Assembly: GCF_963921235.1 (NCBI RefSeq)
Contig: NC_086109.1
Span: 11,966,001 to 12,030,000, forward strand
Length of the DNA stretch: 64,000 bases
Direction: 5' to 3'
Origin: Mobula hypostoma
Lineage: Eukaryota
Below the pieces are notes generated by a model, which saw nothing but the letters and a program-made list of their open reading frames with translations, was not told the DNA's origin and did no database searches. The translations under genes were made by a program, and so were the position numbers. Of the stretch, positions 34,410-45,396 are shown piece by piece. Numbering within the stretch: position 1 is the first letter of the stretch; each line of letters begins with the position of its first letter.

Positions 34410-36368
34410 TAAAAAAGGATCAGTGAATATCTGAAAACCAAAGACAATAACGATTTTAGCAGTTCTGTATCTCAACCCAGACCCACCAGTCTTAAGAGCT
34501 CAGCTACCTCTCTGTGTGTCTGTATTCTCACAGCTGCCTGAATTTCCATGTCTTCCAGTATCCCAGAACTCAACAGGACTCCCACTTCAGGACAGCAGTG
34601 ATTGTACTGAGCATCTGTCAGAATGATAATCAGAGTTATAATCTCGCTCAGCAACAAGGAGACAGTCTAAATTGGCACCTAACAGTATGACTTTTTGATG
34701 GAAGCAATTGTGTGTGACCTGGAAATCTCTCCATAATGTGAAAGCAGGAAATTGTCAGATACATACAAAATGAATGGTGAGTTGAGGGAGAGTATAATTG
34801 TGATTGGTTTCAGTGATCTGTAGCAGGAAGGAAACCCATTAGTTTTGAGATCCATATGAAGCCAACAAGGAATTATTTGAGACTGGAGAACCAGGAAGAT
34901 CATAGACCATAGACCAGAAGATATAGGAGCAGAATTAGGCCATTCAGCCCATTGAGTCTGCTCCACCATCCAGTCATGGCTGATTTATTATCCCTCTTAA
35001 TCTATTTTCCTGCCTTCTCTCTGGAATCTTTGATTTCCTTACTAATCAAGAACCTACTTTATCAAGAACTCTGCTTTAAATATACCCAATGATTTGACCT
35101 CCACACCTGCCTTTGACAATGAATTCCACAGATTCACCAGCCTCTGGCTAAAGAAATTCCTCCTCATCTCTCTTTTAAAGGGATGTCCTTCTATTCTGAG
35201 TCTATATTTCTAATCCTAGAGGTCCACTCTGTAGGAAACATCCTCTCCACATCCACTGGCCTTGTCAATGCCTAATAGCATTCAATGAAATCCTTCCTCA
35301 TTCTTCTACAGAGCTTTCAAATGCTCCTCATACATCAGGGAAGTTTGACTTCACCTAGAATTTAATATCTGGATCCCTTTAGAATTGATGTACAGAGAGT
35401 TCTTGGGGTTCAAGTCCATTGCTCCCCGAAAGTGTCAACACAAGTGGACATAATGGTAATGAAAGCATTCAGCACATTTGCCTTCTTCATTCTACATGTT
35501 GGAGACTAAAGCCAACAAGGCATTTTGTAGCTTCATAAAAATTTGGATAGGACATTTGCAACATAATACGTAGTTCTGGTTGTAACACTATAGAAAGGAT
35601 GTTGAGGTTTAGGAGAGGGTAAAGAGGTTCACCAGCAGTGGCCCCATAGTAGTGTACTGTTTAGCACAACACTTTATCATACCAGTGACCCGGGTTCAAT
35701 TCTCATCGCTGTCTGTAAGGAGTTTTTACATTCTCCCTTTGACTGCGTGGGTTTCCTCCAGGTGCTCCAGTTTCCTCCCACATTCCAAAGACACACTGAT
35801 TGATAGGTTAAATAGTAATTGCAAATTGTCCTGTGATTAGGCAAGGATTTAATTTGGGGATTCTTGGGCAGCATAGCTCGAAGGGTCAGAAATGTTGGAA
35901 CACACAGTCAGACCTGCTGGTGGAAAGGGATATTATAACAATATTTAAGAGGTTTTTGGAGGAGGACATGAAAAGGGAGCGATTGGAAGGATATGGACCA
36001 TATGCAATACGACGGAATTAGCATAGAATGACATCATGGTCAATTCAGACATGGTGGGCCGAAGAGTCTATTCTTGTGTGGGCTGTGTCCCAAATTCTCT
36101 CTAATTCCATGCTCAATTTCTCACCAGGAATGGGCCAGATTGAGAGGCTGGCTGCCGGGAAGTGGATGGTCACTGGGTGCTGGGGGTTGATTACGAGCAC
36201 ATTGACGGGGACAGAGAGAGACTGTCCGAGGTTGGGGAGGGAGTGAATGATCCATGAAGCAGGGATGGGAATTGGGATCGCCTGCCCTAGGAGAGGTGAA
36301 CACAGTCTGTTTTGATTTAAAGCTGTTGTTGTGAACTATAGAGTCTACCCGCACGATCAATTGGTACA

Positions 36369-37145
36369 CAGTCGGCCTTCCTTATCTGCGAGTTCCGCAT
36401 GCACGAACTCAACCGACCGCAAATGGGGAAAACCGGGAAGTTCTCTCTCCAGCACACGTTGTTCGAGCATTGTTCGCCTCGTGTCTCGTTCATTCGCTAC
36501 TTTGTTTCTGTGAAAAAATGTCTCCTAAATAGTGCTGTACGATTCTATGTTCTATATTCTCTAAAGCAATTACGTGGTCAAAGCAATTCCTCAAAGGCTA
36601 AGAGCTTAAAGTGCTCTCTCTCGCTGAGAAATTAGAAATATTAGATCCTTTGAAAAGTGACATGTCGCATTCCGAAGTGAGCCATAAGGTCGGTCAGAAC
36701 GAATCGAGCATTCGCACAATAAAGCAGAAAGAAGCTGAAATTTGTGGAAGTGTTATGCTAGGGATGGCTGGCTGGCTATGTAAAGTGCTACAGACTCAAG
36801 AACTTAAAGATCACGGGAGAATCGGGATCGGCTGATGCCGAGGCAGCATCAGCGTTNNNNNNNNNNNNNNNNNNNNNNNNNNNNNNNNNNNNNNNNNNNN
36901 NNNNNNNNNNNNNNNNNNNNNNNNNNNNNNNNNNNNNNNNNNNNNNNNNNNNNNNNNNNNNNNNNNNNNNNNNNNNNNNNNNNNNAACGGAATAGAAACA
37001 CTGAAGGCGGCGGGTCCTGTGCTGCCCTGGGTCCTAAAGTCCACCCGAACTGAGACAGGTTAAGTAAGGGACTTGAGCATCCACATTTTTTGGTATCCGC
37101 GCGGGGTCTCTGAACCAATCCCCCGCAGATAAGGAGGGCCGACTG
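36369..37145 (+). mobile_element. Non-autonomous pogo/Tigger-like DNA transposon spanning an assembly gap
   Basis: TIRs cagtcggcc(t/c)tccttatctgc. HTH remnant LSLAEKLEILD...HSEVSHKVGQNESSIRTIKQKEAEI at about 36617-36740. Confidence 0.8.
36857..36985. other. Assembly gap (129 N)
   Basis: Run of N. Confidence 1.
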
Positions 37146-37350
37146 TGATTGAATTCCACATAGCCTGAGAAGACAACAGCATCGTCCCTCATCACTTGCT
37201 CACAGCTCTTCACAAGTAATGATTTTTATTTGATTGGAGTCATCATTGTCACTGCCCACATTTCTGAGTCAATAGGTTACTGATCCAGCCCCATTCCTGG
37301 CAGGTGAGTACAAGATCAGTGGTGGATAACTTAGTGAAGTGATTCTATGG

Positions 37351-38511
37351 CAGCGGTCCCCAACCACTGGGCCGCAAAGCACGTACTACCGGGCCACGAG
37401 GAAACGATATGGTTTGGCGATATGAGTCAGCTGCACCTTTCCTCATTCCCTGTCACGCACTATTGAGCTTGAACACACGCGAGGTCATTACCCACGCGTC
37501 ATCCATGTCAGAGTGGGAAGGAGATCAACTCCTCGAGCTTGCAAATGATGACGGGCTGAAAAGTATGTTTGACATAACATCTCTGCCGGCATTCTAGATC
37601 AAAGTCAAGGCTAAATATCCTGAGATAGCCACGAAAGAACTGAAAACGTTGTTTCCATTTCCAACATATCTCTGCAATGAATGCAATGAAAACTAAATTG
37701 CGGAATAGACTGGACATAAGGAACCCCCTTCGAGTATCGCTGTCTCCCATCACCCCTCGATAGGACCGTCTTGTTGCAGGAAAACAAGCCCAGGGCTCCC
37801 ACTGATTCAGCGATATTGGTGTGTTGCAATAATTTTATATGTTCATACGGAGAAAATATGTGCTGTATGTTTAATATCCAAACGTTACTTAAAATGCTAT
37901 GATGCTATTGACTTATAAGTGAGTTATATAACCATATAACAATTACAGCACGGAAACAGCCGCACGCTACTCTCAACTAGTCCCACCAACCTGCACTCAG
38001 CCCATAACCCTCCATTCCTTTCCTGTCCCTATGCGTATCCAATTTTTCTTTAAATGATAATATCAAACCTGCCTCTACAATTTCTACTGGAATTTCGTTC
38101 AGCACTTACTTCAAGCTCCCCTGTCCTCCCCTGATATTTGACTTATCACTATATTCATGCGAGGAAAATATGCTCTGTGTGTTTAATATTAAATTCGTCA
38201 GATAAACCTTTTTAGAAACGAAATTGAGTGTATTAGCCACTTATCACCTATATTCCGGTTCGTGATTAACACCACCCCCACCGAACAGAATCGCCAAAAA
38301 CGATTTGTAGAAAAAAATCGGCACGTACACGCATGCGCACTGGTGCCCGTGCAAGGCTTTATGGTCATTGTAGTCTTTGCAGGAAACACAACGTATTTGT
38401 CTTGTCCATTGGCAACCCTACCCGTTCCCCCTCCATCCCGGGTCGGCCGGTCCGCAGGAATATTATCAATAATAAACTGGTCCGCGTTGCCAGAAAGGTT
38501 GGGGACCCGTG
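37351..38511 (+). mobile_element. Non-autonomous hAT (Charlie-like) element
   Basis: TIRs cagcggtccccaacc / ggttggggacccgtg; 8-bp TSD ttctatgg/ttctatga; dimerisation-domain remnant SLPAF*IKVKAKYPEIATKELKTLFPFPTYLC. Confidence 0.85.
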
Positions 38512-39375
38512 TTCTATGAGATAGGATTTACCTGAATTTGCAAAGGCACGATCCGGTCTGGGATAAACAGTATGATTTTGTGCATGGAAATTCATCTCAA
38601 AAAGAAATTTGACTGAATTTTTTGAAGAGATGACCAAAGGGACGGATGAAGACAGGGCAGTAGCATTTGTCACATGGAGTTTAGCAAGTACTGAGACAAG
38701 GTCTCGCGTTGTAGACTGATCTGTAATGTGAGATCACATGGTTAACCAGCTGGATAGATACTGAATCAACTTGGTGGAAGCAGTCAGACTGTGATCGTGG
38801 AGTGTTGGTGTTCTGACAACGTCAGACTTTATCACCAGCGGTGCTTTGTTGAGATCAGTGCTGTTATTTGTTAGCCAATGTCATTTCTCATCAATATTAA
38901 TAATTCGTAATGAACATGTAGGTGTCATAGTTAATAGGTTGCCAATGCCACTGTAGTGCGGTGGACAGTGAAAAGAATTGTCAAAGTTTACAAAGGGATC
39001 TGGAAAATGAACCAGCGTTAAACACTATTAGTCTGTGCCAGCACGATCCACCCACCCGAGCCTGTTCCACGGCGCTACATTTGAACCATCTCCCTCTCTT
39101 CTCACTACGACCATGGATAGGAGGTGCCGGAGCCTTGGGTCCTACGCCGCCTGCTCCTGGATCGGCTTTACTCACCTCAGCCCTGAACAAACTCCGCAGC
39201 AGTAGACTCACTTTCCGGGGCTCTGCGTGTCATGTTCTATGCATTATTTGTTTATATGTTTTTATTATTTGCATGAATCAGCCTCTTTTGCACATTGAAT
39301 GTTTGTCAGTCATTGATATGTGTGGCTTTTTGTGGATTCTATTGTGTTTCTTTGTTCTGTGAGTGTCTGCTAAAA

Positions 39376-39950
39376 CAGTGGTCCCCAACCACCGGGCCGC
39401 GGACCGGTACCGGGCCACAAAGTATGTGCTACTGGGCCGCGAGGAAACGATATGATTTGGCAATATGAAACGATATGAGTCAGCGCACCTTCCCTCATTC
39501 CCTGTCATGCACTGTTGACTTGAAATAACCTACCAAATCATACCAAATAACACATAAAACCTAAAATAACACTAACATAGTAAAAGCAGGAATGATATGA
39601 TAAATACACAGCCTATGTAAAGTAGAAAAATGCATGTACAGTGTAGTTTCACTTAACAGAATGGGGAAGATTAAGCTAAAACCGATTTGTAGAAAAAAAT
39701 CGGCACGTACACTCATGTGCACGTCACGCAAGCGCACACAGGTGTCCGCGCAAGACTTCATGGTCATCGTAGTCTTTCTCGGGGTAAACACAAGTGTCCT
39801 GTATTTAACTGCTACTTTTGTCCCTTATTTGGCAGTGAGAAAGTTGGCAACCCTACTTGAACACCACCCCCCCAACCCCGGTCGGCCAGTCCGCAAGAAT
39901 ATTGTCAATATTAAACTGATCCGCAGTGCAAAAAAGGTTGGGGACCCCTG
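39376..39950 (+). mobile_element. hAT MITE of the same family
   Basis: TIRs cagtggtccccaacc / ggttggggacccctg; 8-bp TSD tgctaaaa/tgctagaa. Confidence 0.85.
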
Positions 39951-40731
39951 TGCTAGAAGATGAGTTTCTTGGTTTTATATAGCATATATATTTTGATAAT
40001 AAATTTACTTTGAACTTTGAACTAGGAAAGTGGCCAAAGGAATGGCTGATGGAATTGAACTCTCCCGTTTTAGAGGGCCTGGAGGGGCAGTGTTTTCCAC
40101 ACAGGGCAGTGTGTACGTGGAAAAGGCTGCCAGAGGAAGTGCTCGAGGTGGGTACAAATACGCTATTTAAAATTCATTTGGACAAGTTCATGTACAGGAC
40201 TGATTTAGAAGGATACGGGCCAAATGCAGGGAAATGGGAGAAGCTCAGGAAGACATTGTGGTCTTGGGCCAAAGCTCCTGTTTCCATAACCTGTAACTCT
40301 GTGACTCTGCTGCATCCTCTCTGAACTGGACCACACTTCTGAAAGGTTAAATTCAGAATTCTGTTTCATTGCATTGGTGTGATAGCTTATGGGATCACAG
40401 CCAATCAGATTGCACTTCAATTTCAAAATTCAAGGTTCAAAGTACATTTGTTATCTAAGTATCTATACTGTATACGACCTTGAGATTCACCTCCTTATAG
40501 ACAGCCAAAAAACAATAGAACTCATTAAACACCGTGGAACACCCAATGAGCAGAAAAAGAAAATCATGCAAACCAGAAAAGTAAGCAAGTTACATTCAGG
40601 ACTGAAATTCACGAAAGTGAGTCAAAGACACGAAGCCAGTCATCACTGCAGCTGATTCTTCAGGGCTGCAACCTCGGTCCAGCACACAAATAAGTAAACC
40701 TCATGGAGTAGCAAGCTGAACCCTCGCCCAT

Positions 40732-40825
40732 GACAGGCATTCCTGCAGAGCTTTACAAGTGTTTTGAAGATTTATTATCCTGTTCACAATCATGAAATGC
40801 AGCAGCCATATTGGCTTGTTCATAT
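40732..40825 (-). pseudogene. Copy of exon-like segment X, frameshifted, donor lost
   Basis: Acceptor tatgtacag intact. 94 nt instead of 86; GT replaced by AT. Confidence 0.4.
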
Positions 40826-42912
40826 CTGTACATAAACCCAAATAGAAGGAATGGGCTCCTTTCACACATCTCAAAGTGAGTAAGGTATTTTAATCCTGCC
40901 GAAGGGTTTCGGCCAAAATGTCGACTGTACTTTTTTCTATAGATGCTGCCTGGCCTGCTGAGTTCCTCCAGCATTTTGTTTGCATTGCTGGGGTTTCTAG
41001 CATCTGCAGATTTTCTCTTGTTTGTAAAATATTTTAATCAGCAACTAAAAATTCAGTTTCAGTCATCACTAATTAACCTGGACTGCTCAGGAAATTAGAA
41101 AGTTAATGATGACCATAAGACAATGGGACTGTAAGACATCGGAACAGAATTAGGCCATTTGACCCATACAGTCTTACTGCTCCACCATTCCATCATGACT
41201 GATATATCATACCTCACTATTGAAGTCTCCTGCCTTCTCCATGTAATCTTTCATGCCCTTACTAATCATCAAATTATCAAGCTCCTCTTTAAATATACTC
41301 AATGGCATATATTTAAATGAATTCCATAGATTCGCCACCCTCTGGCTAAAGAATTTCCACCTCACCTCTGTTATAATGAAAGGAGTCTGCACATCTTCCA
41401 CGTGGAATGCATGGGATTTCCCTCAGTGCTACTGTTTACTTCCACAATCCAGAGATGTACCAGGTACATTAATAACTCGTTGTAAATTGTCCTGTGATAA
41501 GGTTTGGGTGAATCACTTTTATTATGGTTTGCTGGGCCAGTGTGGCTCTAAAGGCTGGAAGGGAATACTCTGCATTCTATCGCGAAATAATTAAATTAAA
41601 GGGACGTTATTGTAATCTGAGGCTTTAACTTCTGGTCCTGGACTCCTCCACTATAGGAAACATCTTCCCCAAATCCACTCTATCTAGGCCTTTCAATATT
41701 CCATAGGTTTCATTGATATCCCACTCATTCAAAGTCAAAGTAAAAGCAAAAATGTCTTTTCGAGTACATACATGTCACCACATACCACCATGAGATTCTT
41801 TTTCTGCAGGTATACTTTTCAAATCTAATGAACAGTAGCAGTAAACAGGTCAACGAACAAGAAACTATGCAAACTTTGACTCCGAGTTTGACTTTATTAT
41901 CCCCAAACTTGGCCACAAATCCAGCAATACTGTCATGAACAGAAGCGGTTCTAACATAGACCACTACAGAACACCACGTGAAACTGACAGGGAAACAGAA
42001 GGCACCCTCTATTCACAGTCTTTGCCTCCTGCCAGTCAGCAAATCTTCTATCCACGCTAGAATCTTGCCAATAATACGAAGGCTTCTTATCTTGTTTAGC
42101 AGCCTCATGTATGGCACCATGTTAAAGGCCTTCTAAAAATCCAAGTCAACAATGTCCACTGACTCGCCTTTGTCGACTCTTCTGGTAATTTCCTTAAAGA
42201 ATTTCAACAGATTTTTCAGGCAAGGTTTCCCCATAGGAAACCATATTTTGTCATGTGCCTCCAAGTATCCTGAAACCTCATCCTTTAGAATGGACTCCAA
42301 TATCTTCCCAACCACCGAAGTCTAGCTAATTTGTCTATAATTCCCCTTCCTCTGCCTCCTTCTTAAAAAGTGGAGAGGCATTTCCAATTTGCAAGTCCTA
42401 CAAAAACATTCCAGAATCCAGTTACTCTTCAAAGATCACTATTGATGCCTCTGCAATGTCTTCCAGCTACCTTTTTCAGAACCCTGGGGTTTAGTCTATC
42501 TGGTCCTGGTGACTTATCTAACTTCAAACCCCTCAGTTTGCCAAGCTCCTTCTCTGCAGTAACAGCAAATGCACTCACTTCTACCACCTGACAAAGCATA
42601 ATTTCTGTCAAACTGCTTGCGCCTTCCTCAGTGAAAACTTTGTAAAATATTTATTGGGATGTCCTGCATCTCTTCATCTTTCATTATTACCTCTCCAGCA
42701 TCATTATCCAGTGATCTGATATCCACTCTTGCTTCGCTTTTACTCTTCATATGTGTGAAAATATTTTGGTATCCTCTTTTATATTATTGGCTTGTTTCCC
42801 TTTATACTTCAGCTTTCCTCTCCTTTTTGCTTTTCATGGAGCCTTCTGTTGACTTTTAAAAGCTTCCCATTTCTCTGACTTCCCATTAATTTTTGCTATA
42901 TTATATGCTCCA

Positions 42913-43508
42913 GGTTTCTTAGGAAGAGTGATAAATATTGTTTTTTTCATCTCTTCCGGTATTATTCCAGTCTCATATATGTCATTGAATAAATCAATAA
43001 GTTTTTCAACTCCATAATCTTCAATGGCGATAATTTGTTCTGTTACTAATTCATCAGGACCTGCTGCCTTTCCTTTCTCAGAGTACTGAAATGTTACGTT
43101 TATCCAGTTATGTTATATGGATCAGAATGTTGGACAACATCTAGTAACATGAGGAAACGAATTGATGCAGCAGAGATGTGGTTTTTGAGGAGGATGCAAA
43201 GAATATCATGGACGAAACGAATGTCATGAACAGAGCAAGCACAAAAAGAGAAAAATGCATGCGATGATGAAAAGGCAATGTAACTTCATTGGACATGTGA
43301 TTAGGAAAGAGGAGTTAGAATGCATGGTAATTATGGGAAAGATTGAAGGGAAGAAAGCAAGAGGAAGACAAAGACAAATGATGATGGAGACAGTAGCCAG
43401 AGAACTGGAAATGAATACAATGAATTGATCCACTTGACCCGAAACAGGAGTGTGTGGGCCATGGCAGTCAAAGCTCAATCTGGGCATGGCACCTGATGAT
43501 GATGATAT
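42913..43508. mobile_element. RTE-clade LINE fragment with an inverted 5' part
   Basis: 42913-43077 on minus reads GKAAGPDE...IYETGIIPEEMKKTIFITLPKK. 43098-43508 on plus reads YPVMLYGSECWT...AAEMWFLRRMQRISW and ends in a (gat)n tail. Confidence 0.8.
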
Positions 43509-43818
43509 TAGCTGCCTTCCCTTTTGTTTTATGAGAGGGCTCTGTATCACAACTCAACACTTATTCAGGCATCTTCATTACAGAAACCAAATGTATGAAT
43601 GGAATGCTCAGAATATTTCTGGATATGCAAGTCCAACTCTTCTTGAGATGCCCCACATTTTCCAGGAGAAGTGACAGACTTAACTGTTCACTGCACTTTA
43701 TTTTTACCCCATGGAGGCTTCTACAAATGCGAAGAAATTCCTTACCCTCACTCGAAGTATAAGAGCAGCAGTAACAGAGTAACAAAAAGAAATATCCTAC
43801 TTTGAAGTTAGAACTTGC

Positions 43819-44139
43819 TGGTGCCATTGATTTCCATCTCATATCTGCAGATCTCTCTATTGTTGAAGATTGTCACATTAACTGTTCTGTTGTGTTTTTC
43901 TTCATGCCAATTCAAGGCACTGCAGTAATATTGATAGGGTTAGATATCTAAGGATTGACAATGCAGACCTAGTTTACTGATGCCTGATATCTTTGGATGC
44001 CCAGATGAGGTTATTTCATACCAAGTATACTGATTGGGAAAGGATCCCTGGAAAGACTAATAGGACCCTGACGCTGAGACCCCAAGACGTGACACATTTG
44101 CTGGTGACAGATACCGAAGCACAGGAGTGGACACAGGTT
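43819..44139 (-). pseudogene. C2-like Ig pseudo-exon (module D) with two stops and a GC donor
   Basis: 321 nt. Reads EPVSTPVLRYLSPANVSRLGVSASGSY*SFQGSFPNQYTWYE...LDI*PYQYYCSA...EICRYEMEINGT. TAG at 44057-44059, TAA at 43940-43942; donor gcaagt. Confidence 0.9.
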
Positions 44140-44189
44140 CTGTGGAAAGGAATTCAACATTCAGACACAAAATGGACATTTAAAAATCA

Positions 44190-44731
44190 AATCACTTTAT
44201 TAGGTACCCCTTATTCACCCCCTCGTTAATGCGAACATCTAATTAGTCTATCATATGGCAGCAACACAGTCCATATAAGCAGGCAGACATAGTCAAGAAA
44301 TTCAGTGGGTGTTTAAGCAATCAAAATGGCGAGGAAATGTGATCTTAGTGACTTTGACCATGGAATGATAATTGATGCCAGACAGGGAGGTGTGAGTATC
44401 CCAGAAACTGTTGATATCGTAGGATTTTCACACACAACAGTCTCTAGAGTTTGCAGAGAATGGTGTCTAAAACAAAAAGCATCCAGTGAGAAGGAATTTT
44501 GTGAATAAAAATGGCTTGTTAATGAGAGAATTCAGAGGAGAATGGCCAGACTGATTGAAGCTGACAGAAAAATGGCAAGAATTCAAATAACCACACATTA
44601 TGACAGTAGTGTGCAGAAAAGCATCTGAACGCACATTGAACCGAGTTGACCACAGCAGAAGAAGGTGATGAACATGCTCAGTAGCCACTTTATGAGGTAT
44701 AGGAGGTACCTAACAAATTGGCCACTGAGTG
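44190..44731 (+). mobile_element. Tc1-like non-autonomous element
   Basis: Termini cactttattaggtac / tggccactgagtg. Transposase N-terminal remnant DLSDFDHGMII...SHTTVSRVCREW. Confidence 0.75.
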
Positions 44732-45075
44732 CTTAAAGGCCGCAATTTGTGAGATATCTGTAACATATCTTTGAGGAGAAAATGAAATTGTGACTGGGTT
44801 CAGTGATCAGCCATAGAGAGGGAAACATTTGGCATTGATATTAATGCAGAAATAGTGAGTGACAGACAGGGTCTGGACAAAGGTCAGAAGGACAAAGAGG
44901 AGAAGGAGATTGTTGTTCTTCCATGAGATGGGCGTTTCTCCATTCAGCAAGCTTAACCCTGGGATCAGCACATCGTCACTCCCCAGGACATCTAATGCAC
45001 TGACTCTTCCCAGAGGAAACATGGATGAGACATTTATTTCATTGAAAGAACAAAGTCAGTCCCTGAGAAACATAC

Positions 45076-45396
45076 CATTAGATACTTGTAGACGTATATT
45101 AAATCTCGGATCAGTATCTGGTGTTATAATTCCACAGCTGTACCATCCTGTATCTTCAGACTGAAGATCCTCCATAGTAACAGTAAATATTCTCTGTTCC
45201 AGGTTAACTGTGATTGACACTCGTCCACTCCGTTCATGTTGCCCATTTGTTTCCACTAAAACTGAATATTGGTGAGTCCATCCATGGCACCAATACTTTG
45301 TGTGTGAGCGGTACATTTCCTCATAGTGACAATCGATTGTGATCGCTCTTCCCACAACTCCTCTTACAAATTTTTCTGCCCACAATGCACCTGAAA
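45076..45396 (-). CDS. CD300/pIgR-like Ig V-domain exon (module D), open frame
   Basis: Acceptor ctccctcag|TT, donor G|gtatgt. Reads VSGALWAEKFVRGVVGRAITIDCHYEEMYRSHTKYWCHGWTHQYSVLVET...GRVSITVNLEQRIFTVTMEDLQSEDTGWYSCGII...IRLQVSN. The C' Cys is replaced by Tyr. Confidence 0.9.

Noticed and set aside
36811-37118. ORFs spanning N runs, also 8753-8950
   Set aside because: Artefacts of translating assembly gaps.
36367-37147. Tigger-like element flanked by CA and TG instead of TA/TA
   Set aside because: Compatible with two point mutations or slightly longer TIRs. The element spans an N gap, so its ends cannot be trusted as a pair.
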